Counted from the first letter of the stretch, positions 9,604 to 20,057 are shown. The stretch: DNA of 64,000 bases from an uncultured Acetobacterium sp. (GCA_963664135.1 OY760905.1:1636736-1700735); one strand, 5' to 3'. A program made the numbers and translations. The notes: generated by a model from the sequence alone, not told the origin.

Positions 9604-10438
9604 CTAATCTCCCCCAGAGTCTGCTTAGCCAGCCGCTGTCAATACTACTTTCCTCACTGACTGTATAACTTTCTAAAATAATCTGTTTTAGAAACTCCAC
9701 GATAATATCCTGAAACAAGGTTCCTTTGGAAGCATAGGATATTTGACCGGTTTCTTCGGAGACAATAATAACCAGTGCATCTGATTTTTCGGTCATGCCC
9801 AAACCGGCCCGATGCCGGGTGCCCAACTCACTGCCTAAATCCCGGTTATCCGAGAGCGGTAATAAACACCCGGCTGCTCTGATCTGTCGGGACCATAGTT
9901 TAATAATCACGGCACCGTCGTGAAGCGGGCGATTGGGGGTAAAAATATTTTCCAATAATTCGCTACTGATATCCGAGTCCAGCTCAGTTCCGGTCTTGAC
10001 AATATTATTAAGACCGGTGTCTTTTTCCAGAACAATTAAGGCCCCGGTTTTTTCAGCCGCCAGCTTTCCCACTGCCTTCATTATCTTTTCAACATCTTCT
10101 TCCAAAAAATCCATCGATGGTTTTTTCATTATTTCCTTAAATAACCGATTATTACCCAATTGTTCCAATGCCGAACGGAATTCTGGCTGAAAGACAACCA
10201 CAATAAAGATAAACGCCCAGGTAAAAACACTATTAATAATTAAATTCAATGTTGTAAAACCCAGCCATTCGCTGATTGGTGACAAAAAAAGCAGCAGGAT
10301 CAAGCCCTTAAAAACTTGTTCTGCCTGGGTTCCTCGGATCCACAACAACAGTCGATAGATAATAAACGTGATGATTACCACCTCAATAATACTGGCTACT
10401 GTTATGCGTGATTGAATATATAACAAAAACTCTTCCAT
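9593..10438 (-). CDS. cdaA: Diadenylate cyclase CdaA (DacA)
   Basis: Three N-terminal TMs, FQPEFR, HDGAVII and GTRHRA DAC motifs; start at 10438 (alternative 10453). Confidence 0.95.
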   Translation of the reverse strand: MEEFLLYIQSRITVASIIEVVIITFIIYRLLLWIRGTQAEQVFKGLILLLFLSPISEWLGFTTLNLIINSVFTWAFIFIVVVFQPEFRSALEQLGNNRLFKEIMKKPSMDFLEEDVEKIMKAVGKLAAEKTGALIVLEKDTGLNNIVKTGTELDSDISSELLENIFTPNRPLHDGAVIIKLWSRQIRAAGCLLPLSDNRDLGSELGTRHRAGLGMTEKSDALVIIVSEETGQISYASKGTLFQDIIVEFLKQIILESYTVSEESSIDSGWLSRLWGRLDGK

Positions 10439-10634
10439 TTTTAGTTCCCTCATTCATTAGTTACTATTAATTATACACTAACAACGCCATTTCGTGAAAC
10501 GGAAATTCGATTTTTTCAGATTATTACAGTCGCAGTTAAGAAAATTTTTAAGGGATATTTGTGAAAGAAATGCTAGAATAGAATTTAATTAAAAACCTTC
10601 CCAATCTTTTGTTAAGAAAAAGGAGCTCTTTTAT

Positions 10635-11066
10635 ATGAAAAATCATCTGTTTTATTTATTACCCAAAAGCGAAACCGTCTTTTTAAACAACACTGATTCA
10701 TTCAATCAGGCCTACAATATGTTCGTCATTACTAATTATACCGCCCTGCCAGTCATCAATAAAAAGGGGCAGTATGTGGGAACCATCTGTGAGGGCGATC
10801 TCCTCAGGGTTTTATCGCTGAGTTTAACCCACCCGGAAATTGATTTAAATTCTTTTGAGATCAAGGATATCGAGTTCAAAATTAATCTGGAAGTTGCCAA
10901 AATTAATGAAAGTTATGAACACCTGGTTGAAATGGCCGTCAAACAAAACTTTATTCCACTTGTTGATGACCAGGGGATCTTTATCGGGATCCTCCGTCGG
11001 CAGGAACTGATTAAGGAGCTGATTAGCTTTTTGTCCAACAAAGTGGCCGAACAGGAAGCCGTCTGA
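10635..11066 (+). CDS. Tandem CBS-domain protein, YkuL/DarB(CbpB)-like
   Basis: 143 aa; ALPVINKKGQYVGTICEGD and NFIPLVDDQGIFIGILRR CBS motifs. Confidence 0.85.
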   Translation: MKNHLFYLLPKSETVFLNNTDSFNQAYNMFVITNYTALPVINKKGQYVGTICEGDLLRVLSLSLTHPEIDLNSFEIKDIEFKINLEVAKINESYEHLVEMAVKQNFIPLVDDQGIFIGILRRQELIKELISFLSNKVAEQEAV

Positions 11067-11084
11067 TGCTAAACGCTCTCTAAT

Positions 11085-11173
11085 AATAAAGCCAATTAGC
11101 AATCTTATTTATTCTTCGATCCGGTGATGCTGCTCCGAAGAATAAATAAGATTTAACTAATTGGCTTTTTATT
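11085..11173. terminator. Long (~35-bp stem) hairpin between convergent genes
   Basis: AATAAAGCCAATTAG..AATCTTATTTATTCTTCG / CGAAGAATAAATAAGATT..CTAATTGGCTTTTTATT. Confidence 0.75.
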
Positions 11174-11208
11174 AATTCATTCACATGATCAGATTTTGAT
11201 TTTCAAGT

Positions 11209-13752
11209 TCAAGTCCGATTTTTCAATTTTTTCATAATTGCTGCTCCGCTCCGCGGACAAGGAATCGCTTCGGCCTTGAGTAGCTTTTCAAAAAGACCGC
11301 AAAAACCACTTAACGGCTGACGCCTTAGCAACTTACCCTTTAAACCATCTTCCAATAAAAAACACGCCAAAGCCTGATAAACTTCAGGCGCTACTTTTTC
11401 ATCACATTCCAATGCTGGCATAATTCGTTGTAAAATCGCCAGATCAATGACTTCTTTTTCGGTGAACAAACCTTCAACCCCACTATTGATCCCAAAGGCT
11501 AGAATTTCATTTTTACCCCGGTATCCCATTGACAGGTCAAACTCAATCAATAACTTTTGAACTTCGTTAAGCAAATGCATTAGTTTTTCGAGAATTTCCG
11601 GTAAACCTTTGGCATGACTGTGCATTTTAAACGCGCTGTTTTCCCATTCACGATCACCCACGGGGCTGCCATAGTCAGGAAAAACACCGATCTCTACCAC
11701 GGGCATTTTGATGAGATTGCCGCAGTCAATAACCCGGGCATGAATCGGTGAACTCTCCGCCCCCTCATTAATGGTTCCAATGATATAGAGGTTATCCGGA
11801 AAACTCAAATTTCCGTACTCTCTAAACGCAGTGATATCAGCACCAAAATCTTCTCGCGTTAACAATGGCTCCTTGTTTCCATTGATCCCTTCCAGCAATA
11901 ATCGAAGATAATCCGTTACTGGGGACTGATCCATCTCATCAAGTAATAAAAAATGCGGTTTTTCAGGATATTCTTTAGCCGTTTTTAACATCAACATCAT
12001 CGGTCCCGGGATAAAGTGACCCCGACTATCCAGCTGACCCCAAAGATGGGTATCATCTTCCCAATGTTTTCCCACCAAGACTCGTTTAAATCGTCCGTTC
12101 TCCGAATTGGCTCCAATGGCCTCTGCAAAAAGACGGGGAAAGCTGGTTTTGCCGCTGCCAACCCGACCGCTAATCATCACAAAGGGTTTCGATTTAATCG
12201 ACAGATAATAGCTTTTTATCAGCTCCGCTGGGTAGTAATATCCCTTGTTGCCCATTTTTGCCTGAATCAATTGGAGATCGGTGGGCAGGTAGTCATTCTT
12301 CACCGGGTAATGCATAACGGTTTGCGTCAATTCGTTTAGCTCTTCTTCTATTCTCTGGTTAGAGCCACCCTCAACCGAAATGCGCTCCGCGATCAAATCC
12401 GAATCAGCTGCTTTTAACGGTTGCTCCTGTTCTTTAATTATTGAAGGAGCACTCGTTTGAATGCTATCGGTAGGCCGTTGATCGACTGAATCATCTTGGA
12501 CTTCTTCAGCTTTTTCAGATTCATCCTTTGTGGTTTGAATTTGGTTATCATCCCCTGCTGTACCAACAGTCATTGGTTTGGCTATTTCCGCATCGACCGA
12601 TCGCTTTTCATCACTGTCACGCGTTGTTTCAGAAAAATCTTCCAATACAATTTCTACGGTTTGTTCCTCTGGCAACGGTACCACTGCTACTGATTCCGGA
12701 ATGGGTTCCTTTTGCTGATCTGCTGAGTTTATTTCGTTACTGACTGTTAATTCTTCTAGTTCCTGATTTGCTGACACTTCTGTTTCCACTGAGTTGGCGG
12801 CGAGGCATAAGTCATACATTTTCCTGAAATCCTCAAACTCGTTTTCCAGCACCCCATCATCGGGCATCTCAGCTTCGGTATATTCCCGGTAACAGACAAT
12901 TCCTGAAACCAGGGTGGCATTAGCCAATAAGACCTCTTTATGATTGGTCTGATAGTTCCCTGTTTGAATCCGATTCCGGTATTCGGTCGCTTTTTCCGAA
13001 AGGCTTCTGACCCCGACATTATCAGCACCATAAATAATGGCCAGATAAAGCTTACAACTGTCCATCGCCAGAATGTAGGCCAGATAGAGTCCATCATCAT
13101 TGATCGTTTGAAGTTGCTTAGCGGTCACTTTAACCCAGGGAATTTCCGCCCATTGGGTGTCTCCAGCAAATCCCAATACTTTATAATTCCCGGATTTAAT
13201 GCCCTCAAAGTGCTCAATTACATTGGGGATCTCTTCATTGATAACATCTTTAAACGAAAACCGAAAATCTCGCGGATAATAATTGGGATAGCCGGCAATC
13301 CATTTTTTCAGCAGTTCACTTAATCCCGATTGGATTGTTCCCGGATTTTTAACCGTCTCTCGCGGTTTTATCCCATCACTATTAGCCGCTTCACTATTAC
13401 TCGCCGCTTCATCTCCCCTAATCAAACGGAGCACAAATACTTCATTCGTTTTTGTCACTTCAAGCTTGGGCGTTTTTGATTCATCACTGTTCCCATTAAA
13501 CCAAACTTCATAGTCCGGAAATGCTTCTCCTAATTTCCGAATCAACACCTTGCTCCACTTTAGCTTAGCATTACCGCCTTCGGTTTCCAGATAGGATGGG
13601 TACTCCCGATTCTGATAGATGATGGCCAGCCGTTCCCCAGCACTTCCAAAAAAACGTATCAGTTCTTTTGGGATCATCATCTCTGTATTGATGAAGTCCG
13701 ATAATTCCATTGTTTTTATTATTCGATCCGATTCTAATAATTCCCAGCTCAT
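11209..13752 (-). CDS. McrB-like AAA+ protein: unknown N-domain + DUF3578-like domain + acidic linker + degenerate GTPase domain
   Basis: WAEIPWV/GLYLAY DUF3578-like block (~aa 140-315); Walker A GRVGSGKT (~aa 530); Walker B LLLDEM; NLYIIGTIN. Confidence 0.75.
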   Translation of the reverse strand: MSWELLESDRIIKTMELSDFINTEMMIPKELIRFFGSAGERLAIIYQNREYPSYLETEGGNAKLKWSKVLIRKLGEAFPDYEVWFNGNSDESKTPKLEVTKTNEVFVLRLIRGDEAASNSEAANSDGIKPRETVKNPGTIQSGLSELLKKWIAGYPNYYPRDFRFSFKDVINEEIPNVIEHFEGIKSGNYKVLGFAGDTQWAEIPWVKVTAKQLQTINDDGLYLAYILAMDSCKLYLAIIYGADNVGVRSLSEKATEYRNRIQTGNYQTNHKEVLLANATLVSGIVCYREYTEAEMPDDGVLENEFEDFRKMYDLCLAANSVETEVSANQELEELTVSNEINSADQQKEPIPESVAVVPLPEEQTVEIVLEDFSETTRDSDEKRSVDAEIAKPMTVGTAGDDNQIQTTKDESEKAEEVQDDSVDQRPTDSIQTSAPSIIKEQEQPLKAADSDLIAERISVEGGSNQRIEEELNELTQTVMHYPVKNDYLPTDLQLIQAKMGNKGYYYPAELIKSYYLSIKSKPFVMISGRVGSGKTSFPRLFAEAIGANSENGRFKRVLVGKHWEDDTHLWGQLDSRGHFIPGPMMLMLKTAKEYPEKPHFLLLDEMDQSPVTDYLRLLLEGINGNKEPLLTREDFGADITAFREYGNLSFPDNLYIIGTINEGAESSPIHARVIDCGNLIKMPVVEIGVFPDYGSPVGDREWENSAFKMHSHAKGLPEILEKLMHLLNEVQKLLIEFDLSMGYRGKNEILAFGINSGVEGLFTEKEVIDLAILQRIMPALECDEKVAPEVYQALACFLLEDGLKGKLLRRQPLSGFCGLFEKLLKAEAIPCPRSGAAIMKKLKNRT

Positions 13753-13799
13753 TCTTACAGCCTTTCTCTTTTTCAGTGCTACTCTATATTAATGGTGCT

Positions 13800-14375
13800 T
13801 TATTCTTCGGTTGTTTCTTTTGTCTTATTCTCTTCTTCCAGCATCAAACGGCGTTCTTCCCGCATTCGCCATTCATTTCGCATTTCTTCTTTGATTTTTT
13901 CCTGCTCATCTTCGTATTCTTTGTGCTTTTCATAAATCAGCGCCAATTCTTTTGGGATGGTCGCTTCCTCATGCTCAGCCAGAGTTGTTCCCGAAACACT
14001 CATAAAATACTGTCGCTCTCCCGACCCCTGAAATTCGACAAAATAAATACTCTGGTTCTTATCCAGAATCAGCGTTCCATCATGAACCATTACCTGTAAC
14101 GCAGGACCAAAAATTGACGCTTTCACGCAGGGGGTTGTCCAACCGGTAAATTTCATCCCGTCATATTTGGGCATCAGGTGATTCAGCTTGTCAAAAAACT
14201 CTCTTTCCAGACGCCAGTCATCATTAATTGAAATCATTACGGCGGCCGTTCTTTCTGGAATTTGAATGTGCACAAAGCCATCCTTTAAATGGGTCTGATC
14301 CACATATTCCCGGACACTTTTGGTAATATCAATAAGTTGTTCACTGCTTGTTGTTTCAATCGTGTTGGTTTTCAT
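13800..14375 (-). CDS. YjbQ/UPF0047-like protein with charged C-terminal extension
   Basis: LIDIT, GFVHIQIPERTAA, VKASIFG, QSIYFVEFQG follow the YjbQ pattern; ~60-aa E/K/R-rich tail. Confidence 0.72.
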   Translation of the reverse strand: MKTNTIETTSSEQLIDITKSVREYVDQTHLKDGFVHIQIPERTAAVMISINDDWRLEREFFDKLNHLMPKYDGMKFTGWTTPCVKASIFGPALQVMVHDGTLILDKNQSIYFVEFQGSGERQYFMSVSGTTLAEHEEATIPKELALIYEKHKEYEDEQEKIKEEMRNEWRMREERRLMLEEENKTKETTEE

Positions 14376-14606
14376 TTACGCTCCCTAATTTTGTTGATTG
14401 TCGTTCGTTTTATTTTGTATTTTTTGGGGTATATCATTCATTATAAACCATTCGATTTCAAAAAACAAAAACATATCCATCGTTGTCCTGTAAATATTTG
14501 TGTTCTTAAATTAGTTTGATCAAATATTTATCTAGGAGACAGCAATTTGATATGTTAAAATGATTCTAAATGTTATTAATTGATAATTACTTTGAAAGGA
14601 ATCATT

Positions 14607-15446
14607 ATGTATTATACTCTGAGTCTGCTATTTATTTATTTTTTTCTTTATGCCATCATCGGGTGGATGTGTGAAGTCGTGTACTGCTCCATCCCGGAAA
14701 AAAAGTTTATTAACCGTGGTTTTTTAAATGGGCCTTATTGTCCGATTTATGGGGTCGGGGCACTGATCATCATCACCTTTTTAATGCCCTATATCCACGA
14801 TCCGATTCTGGTCTTTTTTATTGGTGTACTTCTCACCAGCACCCTTGAATACATTACCAGTTGGGGAATGGAAAAACTCTTTCATGCCAAATGGTGGGAC
14901 TATTCAGATCATAAATTTAATATTAATGGCCGGGTCTGTTTGCTGAATTCATTTCTCTTCGGCCTGTTATGCGTGGTTCTGATGTACCTCGTTCATCCCA
15001 TTGTCAATGACTTCGTTGAAAGTTTCTCGTCTTTCTGGATTCAGGTTATTGCCACAATTGCTGCGGTTTTTTTTCTCAGTGATCTTGTGGAATCGACCCG
15101 TGAAACGGTTTCTTTCAATAAAAAACTCACCAGTGTTTATGAAGCAACGACCGAACTAAAAGATAATTTAAAAGAAAAAGGTATCAATACCGCTCATGAA
15201 GTCACCGCTAAAGTACGAGACTTGAAAGACGGCAAACTTGCCGATGCCAAAGATTCGGCTCATCAGCTGATCGAATCTTTAACCAATCGAATTGGCGAAA
15301 CCAAAAAAATCAACCGTTATTCCCACCGCCGAATTATGAATGCTTTCCCCAAAATGTCGCATCAGCACCATCAAAGCTCGTTAGAGATCTATAAAGCTTT
15401 TATGGAAAAAAACAAGTCAAAAAAGAATCAGACTGCAGCTAAATAA
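14607..15446 (+). CDS. CmpB/TMEM229-family membrane protein (putative ABC-type permease) with C-terminal coiled coil
   Basis: YAIIGWMCEV, NRGFLNGPYCPIYGVG, WWDYS, NINGRVCL. Confidence 0.85.
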   Translation: MYYTLSLLFIYFFLYAIIGWMCEVVYCSIPEKKFINRGFLNGPYCPIYGVGALIIITFLMPYIHDPILVFFIGVLLTSTLEYITSWGMEKLFHAKWWDYSDHKFNINGRVCLLNSFLFGLLCVVLMYLVHPIVNDFVESFSSFWIQVIATIAAVFFLSDLVESTRETVSFNKKLTSVYEATTELKDNLKEKGINTAHEVTAKVRDLKDGKLADAKDSAHQLIESLTNRIGETKKINRYSHRRIMNAFPKMSHQHHQSSLEIYKAFMEKNKSKKNQTAAK

Positions 15447-15490
15447 TTTTAGTTTTTTATATCTATTTCTTACCAAAGGAGGTAAGAGCC

Positions 15491-16339
15491 ATGTTGTATC
15501 ACAGCGAACTTAATTTAATCAGCCAGCTAGCCGCTTTGAATCTGCCCGTTGAGCCAGCAATCCTGCCAGACTATACGGTAGGCGAAATGGTGGGGGCTTT
15601 GCTACAAAATGTCAATGAGCTCCAGGGAGATTGCGCCATGTCCGCGTCTGAATGGGAAAAATCGCTGCTTTTAATGCAGCACGATCCCCGTCTCACGGCG
15701 CTGAAAATCCTGGCCTATACTAACCAGCCGGATAACGGTCTGGTTGCCTATTGTTTCTCAGACCACACCGCTGATGCCGGTATCATTGCTTTTCGAGGAA
15801 CCACCGGAATCGGTTGGGTTGATAATATTAAGGGTGGTTTCGTAACGGACACACCCCAGCAACTAAAAGCGCTGGAATTTTTTCATGATGTGGATACGGT
15901 TTTTAATTTTGACCATTATACCATGACCGGTCACTCAAAAGGTGGCAACAACAGCCAGTATATTACTATTGTCGATGGTGACAAAATTGATCGTTGTGTG
16001 ACCTTCAACAGCCAGGGCTTTTCAGCTGAATTTATTCGCAAATATGCGGCCGAAATCAGCAAAAACCAGAACCGTATCATTGCCTATGAATCCGCCTGGG
16101 ATGTCGTCAATCTTCTTTTAAACAGCATTGCCGGCAAACGGGTTGTGGTTGGCGGTGAATCCCGACTTCCCCACAATAATCATCCCCCCAACCGGCTGCT
16201 TGACCAAAGCGGCGATATTCGCAAACAGGATCTGCGCCACCCCTTTTATACCGGCTTTCAGAATTTCACTGTCAGTTTGACACTGATTGCTTCCAAAGCC
16301 AAACAACAACTGGAAAAAAACAAAACACCCAAAAAATAA
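15491..16339 (+). CDS. DUF2974/Mbeg1-like alpha/beta hydrolase (lipase class 3-like)
   Basis: IAFRGT, GHSKGG nucleophile elbow, DVV and C-terminal His. Confidence 0.78.
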   Translation: MLYHSELNLISQLAALNLPVEPAILPDYTVGEMVGALLQNVNELQGDCAMSASEWEKSLLLMQHDPRLTALKILAYTNQPDNGLVAYCFSDHTADAGIIAFRGTTGIGWVDNIKGGFVTDTPQQLKALEFFHDVDTVFNFDHYTMTGHSKGGNNSQYITIVDGDKIDRCVTFNSQGFSAEFIRKYAAEISKNQNRIIAYESAWDVVNLLLNSIAGKRVVVGGESRLPHNNHPPNRLLDQSGDIRKQDLRHPFYTGFQNFTVSLTLIASKAKQQLEKNKTPKK

Positions 16340-16417
16340 ATTTAAAGAGCGCCACCTCGTTTAGCTTTGACCAACTGGTCTGCTAATCCAAGGGACGCTC
16401 TTTTTGATCGGTTTAAA

Positions 16418-17614
16418 TTAATTTGAGACCGGCTCTTCCTGAGCTGCTGCCATTTTTTCAATCCGTTCATTCGTAATTTTTCTAAATACAGCGTAGAACA
16501 CGGCAAAGGTCGGAATTCCCAGAATGATCCCCAGGAAGCCAAATAAGCTACCGCCGATCAGCATCCCGATCAGCACCCAAAGCCCTGATAAGCCAATGGA
16601 TCCACCAACAACTCGCGGATAAATGATATTAGTTTCCACTTGTTGTAACGCAATAATGTAGATCACGAAGATCAGACAATAAATTGGGTTAACCACCAAT
16701 AGAATAAAGCCACTGGGAACCGCTCCCAAAAATGCACCAAATACTGGAATCACACTGGTCATCCCCACCAAAACACCGATCAGCAGGGCATAAGGAATCT
16801 GCAGGATTGCCAAACCAACCGTGCAAAGCGTGCCCAGAATAAAGGCTTCGGTTATTTGCCCGGCAATAAACCCATGAAACACCTGGTTGGCAGTGACACT
16901 GACATCCTGAATAAAATCGGCTCGATCTTTTCTGATGTATGCATAGATTAGCTTATCCTTCAGCGCCAGTAGATTCTCTTTATCAGCCAATAAATAAATC
17001 GAAATAACAATCCCCATAATGATATTAAAGAAACCAACGGTGATATTTTTGGTAGCATTAAATATTTCTGGAACGGAAGTAAGCAAAAGACTCCCAAATT
17101 GTTCCATCACCGTATTCCATTCAATTGTTATATCCGTCCATAAGGTCGATGGCAAGTTAAAAAATGCCAGGGTCTGATCCACTAGTGAATTAAATGAGTC
17201 CACATATCCTGGTAATTTAACCATCAGGGTGTCGACACTGGCACTCACCTGAGGTATTACAAAGGTGATGAGCCCGGCGAGAATTCCGATTACCAGGAGA
17301 AATGTCAAGGTAATCGAAATCATCCGTTTTCCCTTATTCAAATTTCGGTTTTTTTTATTTTTAAAGCGATTCATAAAACCTAATAAATGATGCTCCATAA
17401 ATGTCATCGGAATATTCAGGATAAACGCAACCCCCAAACCAATCAGTACCGGCGTTATAATATTCACAAACATGGCAAAATAGCCAACCAGATAATTTAT
17501 ATTCAGGAGCGCCACCAACAGACAGATCCCAAATGTTATCAAAAATAGGTTATTTCTAAAGGTCTTGTCTCTTAAGTCATATTTTTTGTTTTTGTCGTTT
17601 TCATTATTTTCCAC
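16418..17614 (-). CDS. AI-2E (PerM) family transporter
   Basis: Multi-TM; GQITEAFILG, IPVFGAFLG, YPRVVGGSIGL; GTG start after AAGGTGGT. Confidence 0.9.
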   Translation of the reverse strand: MENNENDKNKKYDLRDKTFRNNLFLITFGICLLVALLNINYLVGYFAMFVNIITPVLIGLGVAFILNIPMTFMEHHLLGFMNRFKNKKNRNLNKGKRMISITLTFLLVIGILAGLITFVIPQVSASVDTLMVKLPGYVDSFNSLVDQTLAFFNLPSTLWTDITIEWNTVMEQFGSLLLTSVPEIFNATKNITVGFFNIIMGIVISIYLLADKENLLALKDKLIYAYIRKDRADFIQDVSVTANQVFHGFIAGQITEAFILGTLCTVGLAILQIPYALLIGVLVGMTSVIPVFGAFLGAVPSGFILLVVNPIYCLIFVIYIIALQQVETNIIYPRVVGGSIGLSGLWVLIGMLIGGSLFGFLGIILGIPTFAVFYAVFRKITNERIEKMAAAQEEPVSN

Positions 17615-17756
17615 ACGCTCACCACCTTTTCTTAATGTTTTATTATAGCATGCAGATATTAATATTGCTTGGATAAATTTATATTTTCGCCAAATTAAAA
17701 GCATCACCGTGGTGGCAATGCTTTTTTTGTTAAGCGATTCGATTTTTGGTAACGAC

Positions 17757-18089
17757 CTAGTAGGACTGAATCAGTGTAATACCGCCGATAACTGGAAGAG
17801 GTTTTGCTTCAAGTTGAACAACATTGATGATCCCGATAATTGCGAGGGCCAAAATCCCCAATGAACCCACCGAGCTGACCAACATGCCAATTGGCCAGAT
17901 AATCCAGCTTAATATGTTGGAAACAATCGCCACTACCAGCGAAGTCAAAAATAGCACCAATCCCTGATTCGCATGGAACTGGGTAAAGTGATTATCTCGG
18001 CCGGCCAATAGCGGAATAAAGAAAATAATGTAGGCAAAAATAGCTAGAACTTTGCCTTCTTCGGCTTCTTGCTTGTCAACATTAATCAT
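17757..18089 (-). CDS. DUF4870-like small membrane protein
   Basis: LAIFAYIIFFIPLL..FHANQGLVLF..KPLPVIG. Confidence 0.75.
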   Translation of the reverse strand: MINVDKQEAEEGKVLAIFAYIIFFIPLLAGRDNHFTQFHANQGLVLFLTSLVVAIVSNILSWIIWPIGMLVSSVGSLGILALAIIGIINVVQLEAKPLPVIGGITLIQSY

Positions 18090-18242
18090 TTGTTGTTTAC
18101 CTCCTATCTAAGATATTTACATGATATCACACTAAAAGTTTGATGGTCAATTGTTATTTTATCCACTGCTGCATTCGCAACGAGTATGGCATTCGTGTAA
18201 TTCTCACAAAAAAAGAAACGCCGATTAAGCGTTTCTTTTTTT

Positions 18243-20057
18243 CTAGCGGGAACTACGTTTTCGTTCCAACTCATTTAATACTTTTTTACGGATTCGAATA
18301 TCAGTGGGTGTTAATTCCACCAATTCATCGTCAGTAATAAATTCGATCGCCTGTTCTAACGTCATAATACGAGGCTCAATCAATTTTAACGCTTCATCCG
18401 TTCCAGAAGAACGAACGTTGGTCATTTTTTTATTCTTAGTCGGATTAACCGTCATGTCATCACTGCGATTATTGATTCCAATAATCATGCCTTCATAGAC
18501 TTTCGTTCCGGCTCTGACTAGCATTTCGCCACGATCGCTTAAATTAAACAATGAATAGGCCATGGTTTCACCAGCAAATTGGGAAATAAGAACCCCATTG
18601 AGACGTTGTGGAATATCACCCTTATGCTCTTCAAAAGCAGAAAAGCGACGGACCATGGTACCTTCACCATGGGTATCGTTGATAAATTCACTTTGATAAC
18701 CCAATAAGCCACGAGTCGGTACAAAAAATTCCATTTTTGTCCAGGCTTCGTCGGTGTACATGCTTTCCATGCGGCCCTTTCGGATATTAAGCTTGGAAAT
18801 AACGGCCCCTGAGTATTTTTCCGGCACTGATACAATAACCAGTTCAACCGGTTCCAGCAGTTTATTGTTTTCATCACGGTGCATGATAACTTCTGGTTTG
18901 GAAACAGCTACTTCATAGCCTTCTCGACGCATGTTTTCCAACAGAATCGATAAATGAAGCTCGCCACGTCCAGAAACCTTGAAGCCATCAGTGGTATCTT
19001 CTAATTCTTCAACTAAAAGACCAACGTTAACTTCCAGCTCTTTTTCCAACCGCGCCCGAATGTGTCGGGTGGTTACAAATTTACCAGAATCACCAGCAAA
19101 AGGTGATTTGTTAACCAGGAAGTTCATCGACAGCGTTGGCTGTTCAATTTCAATCAGTTCCATCGGCTGAACCTGATTAATTTCACCAATGGTTTCGCCA
19201 ATCGAGATATCTGGGATTCCCGAGATAACAACAATATCTCCAGCCTTTGCTTCTTTAACTTCAACCCGGGCTAAGCCACGGTAGACAAAGACCTGGTTGA
19301 TTTTTTCTTTTTTGAAAGTTCCATCGGTCTTGCAGATTTCGATTTGTTCGCCAGCATGGATAGTTCCAGAATAGACCTTACCAATCCCCAGACGGCCAAT
19401 ATAATCGTCATAAGCCAGTGAAGAAACCTGCATCTGCAGGGGTTCAAGGCTCAGATCATCCTGAAGGCCAACATGTTCGACAATGGTTTCGAAAAGCGGC
19501 GCTAAATCCACGCCTTCGTCTGCCATATCACGAATCGCAATGCCTTCTTTAGCAATCCCGTAAAGAACCGGGAAATCCAATTGCTTGTCATTCGCTTTCA
19601 GTTCGACAAATAAATCAAATACCATATCAACCACCTCTTCGGCACGCTGATCTTTTTTATCGATCTTATTAATGAAAAGGATTGGGTTTAAACCTTTTTC
19701 CAAAGACTTGTTAAGAACAAAACGAGTTTGTGGCATCGGACCTTCACTGGAGTCAACCAATAAAACCACTGTATCAACAGTCTTCAGAATTCGTTCAACC
19801 TCTGAAGAAAAGTCGGCATGGCCTGGGGTATCGACAATATTGATTTTAATGTCTTTGTACATAATGGAGCAGTTTTTCGAGTAGATGGTGATTCCACGTT
19901 CACGTTCAAGGTCATTGCTGTCCATTACGCAGTCCACGACCTCCTGGTTTTCTCTAAAAACATTGCTTTGTCCTAAAAGGGCATCTACCAGGGTAGATTT
20001 TCCGGCATCGACATGCGCGATGACTGCAATGTTAATAATGGGTTGTTTGTTATTCAT
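18243..20057 (-). CDS. typA: Translational GTPase TypA/BipA
   Basis: [43 protein letters not shown]. Confidence 0.97.
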   Translation of the reverse strand: MNNKQPIINIAVIAHVDAGKSTLVDALLGQSNVFRENQEVVDCVMDSNDLERERGITIYSKNCSIMYKDIKINIVDTPGHADFSSEVERILKTVDTVVLLVDSSEGPMPQTRFVLNKSLEKGLNPILFINKIDKKDQRAEEVVDMVFDLFVELKANDKQLDFPVLYGIAKEGIAIRDMADEGVDLAPLFETIVEHVGLQDDLSLEPLQMQVSSLAYDDYIGRLGIGKVYSGTIHAGEQIEICKTDGTFKKEKINQVFVYRGLARVEVKEAKAGDIVVISGIPDISIGETIGEINQVQPMELIEIEQPTLSMNFLVNKSPFAGDSGKFVTTRHIRARLEKELEVNVGLLVEELEDTTDGFKVSGRGELHLSILLENMRREGYEVAVSKPEVIMHRDENNKLLEPVELVIVSVPEKYSGAVISKLNIRKGRMESMYTDEAWTKMEFFVPTRGLLGYQSEFINDTHGEGTMVRRFSAFEEHKGDIPQRLNGVLISQFAGETMAYSLFNLSDRGEMLVRAGTKVYEGMIIGINNRSDDMTVNPTKNKKMTNVRSSGTDEALKLIEPRIMTLEQAIEFITDDELVELTPTDIRIRKKVLNELERKRSSR

